Shown here piece by piece: positions 27,697 to 36,345 of a DNA stretch of 64,000 bases (positions are counted from its first letter, which is position 1; each line of letters starts with the position of its first letter). Origin of the DNA: Oscillibacter sp. (lineage in GTDB: Bacteria; Bacillota; Clostridia; Oscillospirales; Oscillospiraceae); the NCBI GenBank assembly GCA_003539495.1, contig DPPB01000031.1, positions 21,407 through 85,406 on the forward strand, given 5' to 3'. A program made the position numbers and the translations under genes. The notes under the pieces are model-generated. The model searched no databases and was not told where the DNA came from. It saw only the letters and a list, made by a program, of their open reading frames with translations.

Positions 27697-30600
27697 TTAC
27701 GCCTCCCGCTCCTTACGCTTCAGCACGAAGGCTGCGGCGAGAAGCGCCACGGGCAGGGCGATGACCCACACCAGCACGCCGGTGTCGCCGGTGGCGGGGG
27801 TGTCAGTGCCGGGATTCGTGGGATCGGTCTTACCGGGATCGCTGGGATCGGTCTTGCCGGGATCACTGGGATCGGTCTTGCCGGGATCATCGGGATTGGC
27901 AGGCGTATTGCCGCCGGTCTGGATGGTCACATCACTCATATCGTACAGGCTGGTCTGGCCATTTAGGAAGCGGTAGTACGACGCCAGGGCGTAGTAGCCC
28001 TGCTCGGTGGCCATACCGTTCCGCTCGCCGTCAGCGGTGTGCTTAAATCCGCCGCCGTCCACATAGAATCCGGCCAGGGCGCCCAAAACAGTGGAGCCGT
28101 TCTTCACAAAGCGGCTGTCTGTGGCGGGGTCGATGCCCAGGGCCGTCAGGGCCACGATAACTTGGGCGCAGGATTCGCTGTTCACGGTGCCCCAGCTGCC
28201 AAAGCCGCCGTCGCTGCGCTGCAGGGTGGAAAGAGCCTCCAGGGCCTTATCCACAGCGGCCTTTACGGTCTCGTTGGTCTTATAGTAGGGGGCCAGGGCC
28301 TGGATGGCCATAGCGGTCATATCGGTGTCGGCGTTCTCGCCGCTGAGGTTCCAGCCGCCGTTGGGAAGCTGGGCATCCAGGATCACCTGAATCAGCTTCT
28401 CCCGGGTCACATCACCCATGGTGGGATAATTGTGGCTATCCAGGGCAATAAGGGTGAAAATGGGGCCGTTGATGCCCTGCTTCTGCACATAGGCCATGTT
28501 ATCCAGGCCCTTCAGCAGGTTGTGGCCACCCACATTGGTGACATCCTTGCCGATAGCCGTCAGGGCCAGGATAATGCGGGCGTTGTCGGTGACCTTCGCC
28601 CGGTGCAGACGCTCATTGGCGTCAGCCATGGCCTTCACATACTCCACCACATTGTCATAGTACCCGGCGGGCACAGTGCGGCCACTGCGGGCCAGGCCGA
28701 TGACCATCCACTCGCCACCGGTGGAGCCGACGCCGGGGGTACCCAGGGCGGCGATAAAGTCGCCGGTGGTCTTGTAAATCTTCTCCAGACGCTCGCTCTG
28801 CTCGGCCAGCAGCCGGGCATAAGCCGCCTCGGCGGCGGTGAGCTTGTCGTAGTTCTTGACCTCTGCCTTCTGCTCCTCGGTCAGGGCGTCATAGGCCGCA
28901 CGGGCCGCCTGGATGGCGCTCTCGGAATCCAGGGTCACCTCGCCGATGGCGTCGATAAGCTTCTCCACAGGCTTGGCGGGCTTCAGAACCGCCAGGCGAG
29001 CCTCGGCGGCGGTGAGCTTCTCATAGCTCTTGACCTCGGCCTGCTGGGCCTCCGTCAGTGCCTCATAGGCAGCCCGGGCGGCGTCGATGGCGCCCTCAGA
29101 CTCCAGGGTCACCTCGCCGATGGCGTCGATCATATCGTCCACGGCCTTGGCAGCCTTCAGATCGGCCAGGCGAGCCTCAGCGGCGGTGAGCTTATCATAG
29201 CTCTTGACCTCGGCCTGCTGGGCCTCTGTCAGTGCCTCATAGGCAGCCCGAGCGGCAGCAATGGCATCTTCGGACTCCAGGGTCACCTCTCCGATGGCAT
29301 CGATCATGTCGTCCACAGGCTTGGCGGCCTTCAGATCGGCCAGGCGAGCCTCGGCGGCGGTGAGCTTGTCATAGCTCTTGACCTCGGCCTGCTGGGCCTC
29401 CGTCAGTGCCTCATAGGCAGCCCGGGCAGCGGCGATGGCCTCCTCGGACTCCAGGGTCACCTCGCCAATAGCGTCGATCATATCGTCCACGGCCTTGGCA
29501 GCCTTCAGATCGGCCAGGCGAGCCTCGGCAGCGGTGAGCACGTTGTAGTTGGTGACCTGCTCCTTCTGCGTCTCCGTCAGTGCCTCATAGGCAGCCCGGG
29601 CGGCGGTGATGGCCTCCTCGGACGCCAGGGTCACCTCGCCAATGGCGTCGATCTTCTCTATAACGTCGTTTACATACCAGCCCTCCAGCTTCAGGGACAG
29701 AGCGGGCAGCTGGGAAACTATAGCAGCAGCACTTGTGCCATACGGATTGTCGATACCGTCACCATAGGATAGGATGCGGTGAGTGGGGACTTTTGCAAAG
29801 CCGCCCACATTGATGGCGCCGGTCAGGTCGAAGCTCAGACCATCCCAATCCTCGGGGATGGTAATCTCAAGCTTCTGGCGGACAGGATTGCCGCTGAAGT
29901 CATACACACCACCCCAGCCGCCGGGATTGGACTTATAATATTTGCCGTCAGCACCCTTGTAGTACAGGGTGAAGTTAAAGTTATAGGCGCCGGAAATCTT
30001 CTCCTTGGGGCTAATGAGGCCATGGAACTGAACGGTCACCTTGTCCCCGGCCTTGAACTCGGTGCCTGCGGGGAGGACCTTGCCGTCCGCATCCAGGAAG
30101 TCATAGCTGACGCCCCGGGCGGTGACCACCTGGTAGGTCTTAACGCCGTCCTTCTCCACGCAGAGGATGTGCCGGCCGGTAGTGAGGCCGGTAACCGTCA
30201 CGGTGCCGTCGGCGGCCACGGTGACGCCCTTGGAGGTAAAGCCGCTAAAGCTCATCTTGTCGGTGACGGTGGAGCGGGCCACGGTGACGGTGCAGCCTTC
30301 CTCGGGCTTAAAGCTGTAGGATGCACCTGCATCGCCCAGGTAGAACAGGATGTCGTGCTCGGCATCCAATGCCTTCTGCGCATCGCTGCTTATGGTGGCA
30401 TCCATCCGGTCCATGGTCATGTTGGTGGCAATGGAGGAGCCATCCGCCCCCACGGACACCACGAACACGCCGGTGCACTCCGGCCAGATGGCGGAGAAGC
30501 CGCGGTTTTCCTTGTTGCTGGTCTGGCCCTGCATATGGGTCATGGCGTCATAGGTCACCAGGACGATGGCCGTGCCGGCCTTATTGGCCTTCATATACGC

Positions 30601-30708
30601 CAGGGAGCTGTTGTTCTCGTCGGGGGTGATGGTCACCACATCGCTGGACTGACCGTTCAGGTCCACCACGGTGTAATGCACATCCGGCAGGGCGATCTGG
30701 GCATTCAT
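27697..30708 (-). CDS. Large surface-associated protein: beta-domains, 4-5 FIVAR-like helical repeats, a prenyltransferase/terpene-cyclase-like alpha/alpha-toroid domain (the transcobalamin alpha-domain-like fold), a Pro/Asp/Thr linker and a C-terminal TM anchor
   Basis: 1003 aa. Tandem ~58-aa repeats …IDAIGEVTLESEEAIAAARAAYEALTEAQQAEVKSYDKLTAAEARLADLKAAK…. Toroid repeats …GGWNLSGENADTDMTAMAIQALAPYY…RSDGGFGSWG…SCAQVIVALTALG…. (DPSDPGKT)x3. C-terminal VLVWVIALPVALLAAAFVLKRKEREA. No N-terminal signal peptide in the listed frame. Confidence 0.7.
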   Translation of the reverse strand: MNAQIALPDVHYTVVDLNGQSSDVVTITPDENNSSLAYMKANKAGTAIVLVTYDAMTHMQGQTSNKENRGFSAIWPECTGVFVVSVGADGSSIATNMTMDRMDATISSDAQKALDAEHDILFYLGDAGASYSFKPEEGCTVTVARSTVTDKMSFSGFTSKGVTVAADGTVTVTGLTTGRHILCVEKDGVKTYQVVTARGVSYDFLDADGKVLPAGTEFKAGDKVTVQFHGLISPKEKISGAYNFNFTLYYKGADGKYYKSNPGGWGGVYDFSGNPVRQKLEITIPEDWDGLSFDLTGAINVGGFAKVPTHRILSYGDGIDNPYGTSAAAIVSQLPALSLKLEGWYVNDVIEKIDAIGEVTLASEEAITAARAAYEALTETQKEQVTNYNVLTAAEARLADLKAAKAVDDMIDAIGEVTLESEEAIAAARAAYEALTEAQQAEVKSYDKLTAAEARLADLKAAKPVDDMIDAIGEVTLESEDAIAAARAAYEALTEAQQAEVKSYDKLTAAEARLADLKAAKAVDDMIDAIGEVTLESEGAIDAARAAYEALTEAQQAEVKSYEKLTAAEARLAVLKPAKPVEKLIDAIGEVTLDSESAIQAARAAYDALTEEQKAEVKNYDKLTAAEAAYARLLAEQSERLEKIYKTTGDFIAALGTPGVGSTGGEWMVIGLARSGRTVPAGYYDNVVEYVKAMADANERLHRAKVTDNARIILALTAIGKDVTNVGGHNLLKGLDNMAYVQKQGINGPIFTLIALDSHNYPTMGDVTREKLIQVILDAQLPNGGWNLSGENADTDMTAMAIQALAPYYKTNETVKAAVDKALEALSTLQRSDGGFGSWGTVNSESCAQVIVALTALGIDPATDSRFVKNGSTVLGALAGFYVDGGGFKHTADGERNGMATEQGYYALASYYRFLNGQTSLYDMSDVTIQTGGNTPANPDDPGKTDPSDPGKTDPSDPGKTDPTNPGTDTPATGDTGVLVWVIALPVALLAAAFVLKRKEREA

Positions 30709-30726
30709 AAAGTTCTCAATGGCTTG

Positions 30727-33195
30727 CTAGCAGCGGAACACGTCCAGCTCCCGGGTCTGGCCCTGCTCCAGGTTCAGATAGCCCTTCTGATTGATATTCA
30801 GGTATACATTACCCAGGTCATAAACATTCTTATTGAAGCGGTTCACCGTGTCCTTGGTGAAGGACTCGTCCCCAATGTGCAGGTCGTCCTTGGTCACATT
30901 GAAGGTAGCGCCTGCCTTGTACTTGCCAAAGGTCCAGTAGGTCACGCCGTCCGGGTGCTGCACACGGAGGAAGTGGTTCACGCTGGTCTCCGACAGGAGG
31001 AAAGTGACGGTCATGGTGTCGCCCTCGGTCTTGGTAGACAGAGGCTTGGCGAAGTCATAGACATAGTAGTTGCCGAACTCGCCCATGCTGACAGTGGACC
31101 CGGCGGGGGCGGTGACGGTGACGGGCACGGCCACGGGGATCTTGGCAGTGAGGTCCAGCGCACCTTTATCCGTCGTTTCGCTGCGGGATTTTTTGACGGT
31201 GATGGGATTATAGTCCGCCGCCTTATCCCCCACAGGGGTCAGGGTTGCTTTCAGCGTGTCGCCCTCAACAAAAATGCCGGAGGTGCGGGTGGTGCCCCAG
31301 TTAGTGGAGGTGCCTGGCTCGGCCTTGCGGTTCATGCCGTCGGCGCTGACCACCTGGTAGTCGATGGTGTAGTCGGTGTTCTCGATCCAGCCGTTGTTGG
31401 TGGCATAGATCGCATAGACCCGCTGGAAGGTGATGGCAGTGGTGTCCTCCGCCACGGTGACAACGATGCCGCCGTTATACTGGCCGGCTTCATTGTAGCC
31501 CTGAACCCAGTAGTTGCCCACAGGCAGCTTCACATCGGCATACTTCAGTTTGTAGCCATCAGCCACGGTGGACTTGCCGGCCAGCAGGTCCACATCGCCC
31601 TTGACGCCGCCGGCATAGCTATACAGCTTCAGGGACGCCAGCTGGGCGCTATGCAGGCCCTTCAGGTCCAAGGTGACCATGGGGATCTCCTTGACCTTGG
31701 CCGTGGGATTCATCAGCGCATAGACTCCCTCGTCCTCGTTGCTCACGGCGGTGAGATAGCCGGTGAAGCCATCGGCCACGGTAAAGGTGGCCTGGCCCTT
31801 TTTATCGGTGACAGCGCCTTCAATGACGGTGACAGCGCCGGTCTCGGGATCCACCCAGCCCAGCTTGGCCCCCTCCAGGGGCTTGGCCGCAGCCTTCAGC
31901 TCGGCAGGAGTCTTGTGCAGGTAGGCACTCGAAGCGTAGAAGCCGGTGACGGTAGCGGTGACCTTCTGTCCCACATACATCTCGGCGGGAGCATCCACCC
32001 AGGTATAATAGTCCGACCAGGTGCTGTCATCCGCATACACGTAAAAGTCCACCACGTCGCCGCTGAGCAGCGGGGTATTGGTGACCATGGTGCCGTTGTA
32101 GCCGCCGCCGTAGGAGGCAGGGGTACCGTCATTGGGATACCCCTGGTTTACAAAGAAACCGCAGGCGTAGGTCTCAACGCCGAAAATCTTGGAGATCCAG
32201 CCGCTGCTGCCCACAGCCAGATACTCCCCGGCTGTTTCCTTGGTAAAGGCTTCACCAAAGACCAGCTCGTGGGCCTTGACCAGGGCGTCCAGGGCGGTCA
32301 CTCCCTCCAATGCATCGGTAAAGCCGTATTTCTCGGCTTCAAGGGCGGAAACCTCCACCTCCTGGGGTGCGTGGAGATAGGCGCCCACCATCTGGGAGCG
32401 GAGCGTCACCTTCACGGCGGCAGGGGCCTCCTGGGAAACGGTGATCTTATACTCGTGGGCCTCAGCATCTTTGTTCATGCTGGGCCAGGAGGGATCGCCG
32501 CACTTGACGGTGATGACCGTTCCGTCGGCCACAGGGATCTTAGCCGTGCGCTTGTACTCCGTGCCGTCCACGCTGGTGCGGACCTGGAAGTTCTTGTTGG
32601 TGGCGGTGGGAGTGACCTGAACGCTGCTGACCTTGGAGGACAGCTTCAGGGTATAGCTGTCGGTGTCCTTGTGAAAGGTGGGGGACAGCTGGCCATCGCT
32701 GAAGGTCAGGGCCTTGACGGTGGTGTCATTGTTATTCCAGCTGCCGCCCAGGTCGTCGCCATAGGCGCGGGTGTACATGACGCGGATCTCGTCGCCGGCC
32801 TCCAGGGTGCCTGCGGCCACGGTAAAGGCGGCGAAGCCTTCGTTGGTAAACCAATCGTTGAGGGTTCCCATCCAGCCGGAAGCGGAGCCGCCGTCAAGCT
32901 CAGACAGGCCGTTGATCTCGCTGATGTAGGTAGTGCCGGTATGGGTGTATCCCTTGGCGTCCAACGCCTCAAAGACACAGCCCATCATGGTGGAATCCCC
33001 GGTGAGCTTCACCCAGGTATCCACCAGCGTGCCGGTCCAGGCAGGAGCTTTACCATCCACAGGTTTTGTGAAGGTAGTGTTTTCCACGATGACATGGGCC
33101 TTGCCCAGGTCAACGGGCGCTGCCAGCACGGAGGTGGGCACCAGGGACAGGGCCATCACCAATGCCAGCAGCAGGGATAAAATCTTTTTCTTCAT
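30727..33195 (-). CDS. Secreted surface protein with two DUF4430 (transcobalamin beta-domain-like) domains, a cadherin-like beta-sandwich and further beta-domains
   Basis: Signal peptide MKKKILSLLLALVMALSLVPTSVLA. DUF4430 signatures …SGWMGTLNDWFTNEGFAAFTVAAGTLEAGDEIRVMYT… and …SSGWISKIFGVETYACGFFVNQGYPNDG…GDVVDFYVY…. Cadherin-like segment LTFSDGQLSPTFHKDTDSYTLKLSSKVSSVQVTPTA. By my count the stop is at 30726-30728, 17 nt before the next gene's start. Confidence 0.7.
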   Translation of the reverse strand: MKKKILSLLLALVMALSLVPTSVLAAPVDLGKAHVIVENTTFTKPVDGKAPAWTGTLVDTWVKLTGDSTMMGCVFEALDAKGYTHTGTTYISEINGLSELDGGSASGWMGTLNDWFTNEGFAAFTVAAGTLEAGDEIRVMYTRAYGDDLGGSWNNNDTTVKALTFSDGQLSPTFHKDTDSYTLKLSSKVSSVQVTPTATNKNFQVRTSVDGTEYKRTAKIPVADGTVITVKCGDPSWPSMNKDAEAHEYKITVSQEAPAAVKVTLRSQMVGAYLHAPQEVEVSALEAEKYGFTDALEGVTALDALVKAHELVFGEAFTKETAGEYLAVGSSGWISKIFGVETYACGFFVNQGYPNDGTPASYGGGYNGTMVTNTPLLSGDVVDFYVYADDSTWSDYYTWVDAPAEMYVGQKVTATVTGFYASSAYLHKTPAELKAAAKPLEGAKLGWVDPETGAVTVIEGAVTDKKGQATFTVADGFTGYLTAVSNEDEGVYALMNPTAKVKEIPMVTLDLKGLHSAQLASLKLYSYAGGVKGDVDLLAGKSTVADGYKLKYADVKLPVGNYWVQGYNEAGQYNGGIVVTVAEDTTAITFQRVYAIYATNNGWIENTDYTIDYQVVSADGMNRKAEPGTSTNWGTTRTSGIFVEGDTLKATLTPVGDKAADYNPITVKKSRSETTDKGALDLTAKIPVAVPVTVTAPAGSTVSMGEFGNYYVYDFAKPLSTKTEGDTMTVTFLLSETSVNHFLRVQHPDGVTYWTFGKYKAGATFNVTKDDLHIGDESFTKDTVNRFNKNVYDLGNVYLNINQKGYLNLEQGQTRELDVFRC

Positions 33196-33324
33196 CTCTT
33201 ATTTCCTTTCTTTCGAATTTTATGCAAACGCCTCTATGGCGAATTTGCCGAGGAACGGGGGCGGAGCGGCTTAAACTCCGGCCCCCTATGGAAAGATGCG
33301 GCTGCTGCGCCGCTTCGGCTTGGC

Positions 33325-33360
33325 AAAAAGAAACGCCCGGCTGCCATAGGCAGCCGGGCG
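33325..33360 (-). terminator. Intrinsic terminator forming the expression platform of the putative cobalamin riboswitch
   Basis: cgcccggctgcc-atag-gcagccgggcg followed (minus strand) by TTTCTTTTT. Lies within the 5' leader about 130 nt upstream of the DUF4430 gene start. Confidence 0.65.
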
Positions 33361-33545
33361 CAATAATCCCTTACATTTTGCGCTTCGACCCCGGTGATGG
33401 CAGCGGTCTGGGAGCAGCGCCTTGCGTATCTGACTTAGCCTGTCAAAGCAGGCTTCACAGTGACCGTCTCGCGGGGCTTTTCACCCCATTCCGCCGCCGG
33501 GATAATACCCGGCTCACGCTGTCCCATTATTCGGTTGTCTCCACT
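33361..33545 (-). promoter_or_regulatory. Candidate cobalamin (B12) riboswitch aptamer in the leader of the DUF4430 surface-protein gene
   Basis: Minus-strand RNA …AAUGGGACAGCG…GGAAUGGGGUGAAAAGCCCCGCGAGACGGUCACUGUGAAGCCUGCUUUGACAGGCUAAGUCAGAUACGC…CCCAGACCGCUGCC… resembles the Cbl consensus: the GGUGnAAA…CCC block, the (G)CCACUG box, and a B12-box-like AGUCAGAUAC…CCGCUGCC. A TTGTAT-N17-TAAAGT promoter lies at 33543-33571. No covariance-model scan was run. Confidence 0.5.
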
Positions 33546-33606
33546 TTAACACACCCTGCGGCAAAATACAAGCCCCTTTTCGCCATTTTTTTCGGGGCAG
33601 CGCAGA

Positions 33607-33963
33607 CTACTTCAGCCGCAGCGGCAGGCCGCAGAAGATCCGGGTGACGGAGTCCGCCTGCCGGGCCAGAGTGCACACGGCCCGGCCCACCTCCTCCCGC
33701 CATAGGCGCTGGGTCTTATCCATAGGCACCACTCCGCAGGACACGTCCGTGCAAAGCACCACGGCATCCGGCCGCAGGTTGGGCAGCACAAAGGGCTCCC
33801 CGGCGGCTACGGCGGCATACACCGCCTGCTCTAAATAGCAGATGCAGCGGCGGGAGGTGTCAAAGCCGCCGTCATAGCAGGCCAGATCCTCCTGCGTCAG
33901 GTGAAAATGCTCCATAGCGTAGGCCAGCTTCCCCTGATAGGCCCCACCGATGATGAGATCCAT
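33607..33963 (-). CDS. Truncated CobU-like protein (adenosylcobinamide kinase/guanylyltransferase paralogue lacking the central region, degenerate P-loop)
   Basis: 118 aa. N-terminal IIGGAYQGKL resembles the CobU P-loop (LSGGCKNGKS in the full-length neighbour). The C-terminal …VVLCTDVSCGVVPMDKTQRLWREEVGRAVCTLARQADSVTRIFCGLPLRLK matches the CobU C-terminus (…GLPLKLK). Confidence 0.55.
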   Translation of the reverse strand: MDLIIGGAYQGKLAYAMEHFHLTQEDLACYDGGFDTSRRCICYLEQAVYAAVAAGEPFVLPNLRPDAVVLCTDVSCGVVPMDKTQRLWREEVGRAVCTLARQADSVTRIFCGLPLRLK

Positions 33964-33975
33964 AGTCTTTCCTCC

Positions 33976-34716
33976 TTATAACAGCAGCAGCGCGGCGCTG
34001 CCGGCCAATTCACCCAAAGTGATAGCAGCACCGGAGATATCCCCGCACATGCCGCCCAAATTCCGCCGCAGAGAAAAGGCCGTGACGGCAGCCACAAAAA
34101 TAGCCATCGCCGGGGGTAAAAAGCCCCACCCGGAAACCAGCACACCCAGCCCCACGGACACAGCCCCCAAAGCCCATGCGGTGGCGGCGGCCCCCCGGCT
34201 CTGCCCCATGGCATGGTAGCCGCTGGTCTCCAATGGTTTAAGGCCCAGCACCGCCCCGGCGCTGACACACCGGGCCCCGGCGCACACCAGGGGCAGCGCC
34301 CACAGTCTGTCCGCCTCCCCCGGGCAGAGCCACACGCTGTACCCGGCCATAGCCAGCAGCACCAGGCAGATAACGGCAAAGGAGCCCACATGGGAGTCCT
34401 TGAGTATCTCCCGGCGGCGGGCCTGCTCCCGGCGGGAGAGCACCGCGTCACAACAGTCCATAAAACCGTCCAGGTGGATAAAGCCTGTGAGACACCAGGG
34501 CGCTACCGTCATGCACAGGGCAAAAATGGGTCCCGGCGCAGAAATGCGCAGCAGCAAAAGGCCGATCCCCGCCCAGATAAGCCCCAAAGCGCCGCCTAAA
34601 AAAGGCAGGCACAGGAGCATCTGCCGGTAGCAGCCGCTGTCCCAACGGCGGATGGGGTTGGGAATGGCACAAAACATCCCCCAACACATAGAAAAGCCGG
34701 TGAACCATTTTTTCAT
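33976..34716 (-). CDS. cobS: Adenosylcobinamide-GDP ribazoletransferase (cobalamin synthase)
   Basis: Polytopic membrane protein with the HLDGFMDCCDA and GGMCGDISGA CobS motifs. Confidence 0.9.
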   Translation of the reverse strand: MKKWFTGFSMCWGMFCAIPNPIRRWDSGCYRQMLLCLPFLGGALGLIWAGIGLLLLRISAPGPIFALCMTVAPWCLTGFIHLDGFMDCCDAVLSRREQARRREILKDSHVGSFAVICLVLLAMAGYSVWLCPGEADRLWALPLVCAGARCVSAGAVLGLKPLETSGYHAMGQSRGAAATAWALGAVSVGLGVLVSGWGFLPPAMAIFVAAVTAFSLRRNLGGMCGDISGAAITLGELAGSAALLLL

Positions 34717-35252
34717 ACAGGCAGTTCTCCTTTGTAAACGATGCGGCCCCCGAAGCTCACCTCTGCTACAGCGTCACACACGGCGGCCAGGCTCCGGTCG
34801 ATATGGGCCAGGCCCCGGCGATACTGCTCCGTGAGGTCGCCGTAAATCATGGCGTCGGAATAAATATAGTCGCTGACGAACACCATGCTTTTCATTCGCC
34901 GGGCCAAGGCTGTCAGCTCCCGGGCCACCCGCTCCGGGGCGGTGAGATCTATCGAGCCGTCCGGGCGGAACATCTCATTGGAAAGCAGGGCGGTGACGCT
35001 ATCCAAAAGGTAGGTACCCTCCACATCAGCATCCTGCAGTGCCGCCTCCAGCCCCAGGCCGCACTCAATGGTCTGAAAGCCCAGGCCCGAGCGGCTGGCC
35101 ACATGGCGGGCAATGCGGCTGCGGTCCTCCTCATCGTGGGGGATCATGGTGGCCAGATAATACAGCTGCCCCGGCCGGCTCAAGTACACGGCGGTCTGCT
35201 CGGCCAGTGTGGATTTCCCGTTTTTACAGCCGCCGGAGAGAAACACGGTCAT
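34713..35252 (-). CDS. cobU: Bifunctional adenosylcobinamide kinase / adenosylcobinamide-phosphate guanylyltransferase
   Basis: P-loop MTVFLSGGCKNGKST and the CobU C-terminal region. Start ATG 35252 lies 1 nt after the cobT stop (TGAtATG). Confidence 0.85.
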   Translation of the reverse strand: MTVFLSGGCKNGKSTLAEQTAVYLSRPGQLYYLATMIPHDEEDRSRIARHVASRSGLGFQTIECGLGLEAALQDADVEGTYLLDSVTALLSNEMFRPDGSIDLTAPERVARELTALARRMKSMVFVSDYIYSDAMIYGDLTEQYRRGLAHIDRSLAAVCDAVAEVSFGGRIVYKGELPV

Positions 35253-35253
35253 A

Positions 35254-36345
35254 TCAGAAGCAATCCTTTCCCCGGATGTCATCCAGATAGCTGTCGTCGA
35301 TGGCAGCGCCGGCAAAGGTGGCCATGCCCTCGGCGGCGGCGCAGGCCGCCTCCATCACCCGAAAAGCGATGGGGCAGCCGCTGCCCTCTCCCAGGCGCAT
35401 GCCCAGGTGCAGCCACGGCTCCAGGCCCAACTCCTTTACAGCGGCGGCATAGCCCACCTCGTGGGAGGCGTGAGAGGCGAAGAAATAGTCCTCTGCCGCC
35501 GGGCACAGCCGCCCGGCGCACAGGGCCGCCACCACGGAGATGAACCCATCGATGACCACCGGCAGCCGCTGCCGGGCCGCCCCCAGGAACACGCCGCACA
35601 TGGCGGCTATGTCCAATCCGCCCACCTTGCTCAAAACGTCCAGCACATCGTTTTTGTCCGGCCGGTGCAGGGCCAGGGCGTCGGTGATGACCTGCTTTTT
35701 TCGCAGGAAGCCTGCGTCGGTCATGCCGCCGCCACGGCCGGTGACAGCCTCTACCGGCAGGCCCGTCAGGGCTGCCAGCACCGCTGCGGAGGTGGTGGTG
35801 TTGCCAATGCCCATCTCCCCGGCGCCTAATATGGCCACACCCTCCTCCTTCGCCTGGCGGGCCAGCTCCATACCCGTCCAGACGGACCGGGCCGCCTCCT
35901 GCCGGGTCATAGCGGGCTCCCGCGCTAAATTGCGGGTACCGGGCAGGATCCTCCGGTTCAGGATAGCCGGGCAATCGTATTCATCGGCGATGCCCACATC
36001 CACCACCTGTATCTCATCTCCAAAGTGATGGGCCATAGCGCTCATACCGGTGCAATAGTTTGTCATGTTCACCGCCTGGGCCGCCGTGACGCTCCGGGGC
36101 GTCACGGATACGCCCTCCTCCACCACGCCGTTATCCGCACAGAGGACGATAATGCGGCAGGGGCTATAGACCGGGTGCAGCTTCCCGCTGATGCCGCACA
36201 GGCGGATATAGATATTCTCCAGCGCCCCCAGGCTGCCCGGGGGCTTGGCCAGGGTGCCCTGGTATACCGCCGCCCGGGCCATGGCATCGGCATCGGCGGG
36301 AGTGATATGGGGCAGCTCCTTTAGGAGCCGTTCTTCGTAATTCAT
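35254..36345 (-). CDS. cobT: Nicotinate-nucleotide--dimethylbenzimidazole phosphoribosyltransferase
   Basis: 363 aa with GEMGIGNTT, the catalytic Glu region and overall CobT collinearity. Start ATG 36345 overlaps the upstream gene's stop (ATGA). The 5' 185 codons of the track ORF overlap the TIM-barrel gene and are rejected. Confidence 0.9.
   Translation of the reverse strand: MNYEERLLKELPHITPADADAMARAAVYQGTLAKPPGSLGALENIYIRLCGISGKLHPVYSPCRIIVLCADNGVVEEGVSVTPRSVTAAQAVNMTNYCTGMSAMAHHFGDEIQVVDVGIADEYDCPAILNRRILPGTRNLAREPAMTRQEAARSVWTGMELARQAKEEGVAILGAGEMGIGNTTTSAAVLAALTGLPVEAVTGRGGGMTDAGFLRKKQVITDALALHRPDKNDVLDVLSKVGGLDIAAMCGVFLGAARQRLPVVIDGFISVVAALCAGRLCPAAEDYFFASHASHEVGYAAAVKELGLEPWLHLGMRLGEGSGCPIAFRVMEAACAAAEGMATFAGAAIDDSYLDDIRGKDCF

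Noticed and set aside
28820-29700. Regular ~174-bp tandem repeats that could be mistaken for a CRISPR-like array
   Set aside because: The repeats are contiguous, with no unique spacers. They are in-frame inside a long ORF and encode FIVAR-like helical protein repeats. No cas genes are nearby.
33607-33963. The mini-CobU ORF as a simple annotation artefact (shadow ORF)
   Set aside because: Not dismissed. The C-terminal 50 residues align convincingly with the CobU C-terminus, and it is in-frame and tightly spaced after cobS. I keep it as a truncated paralogue rather than an artefact.
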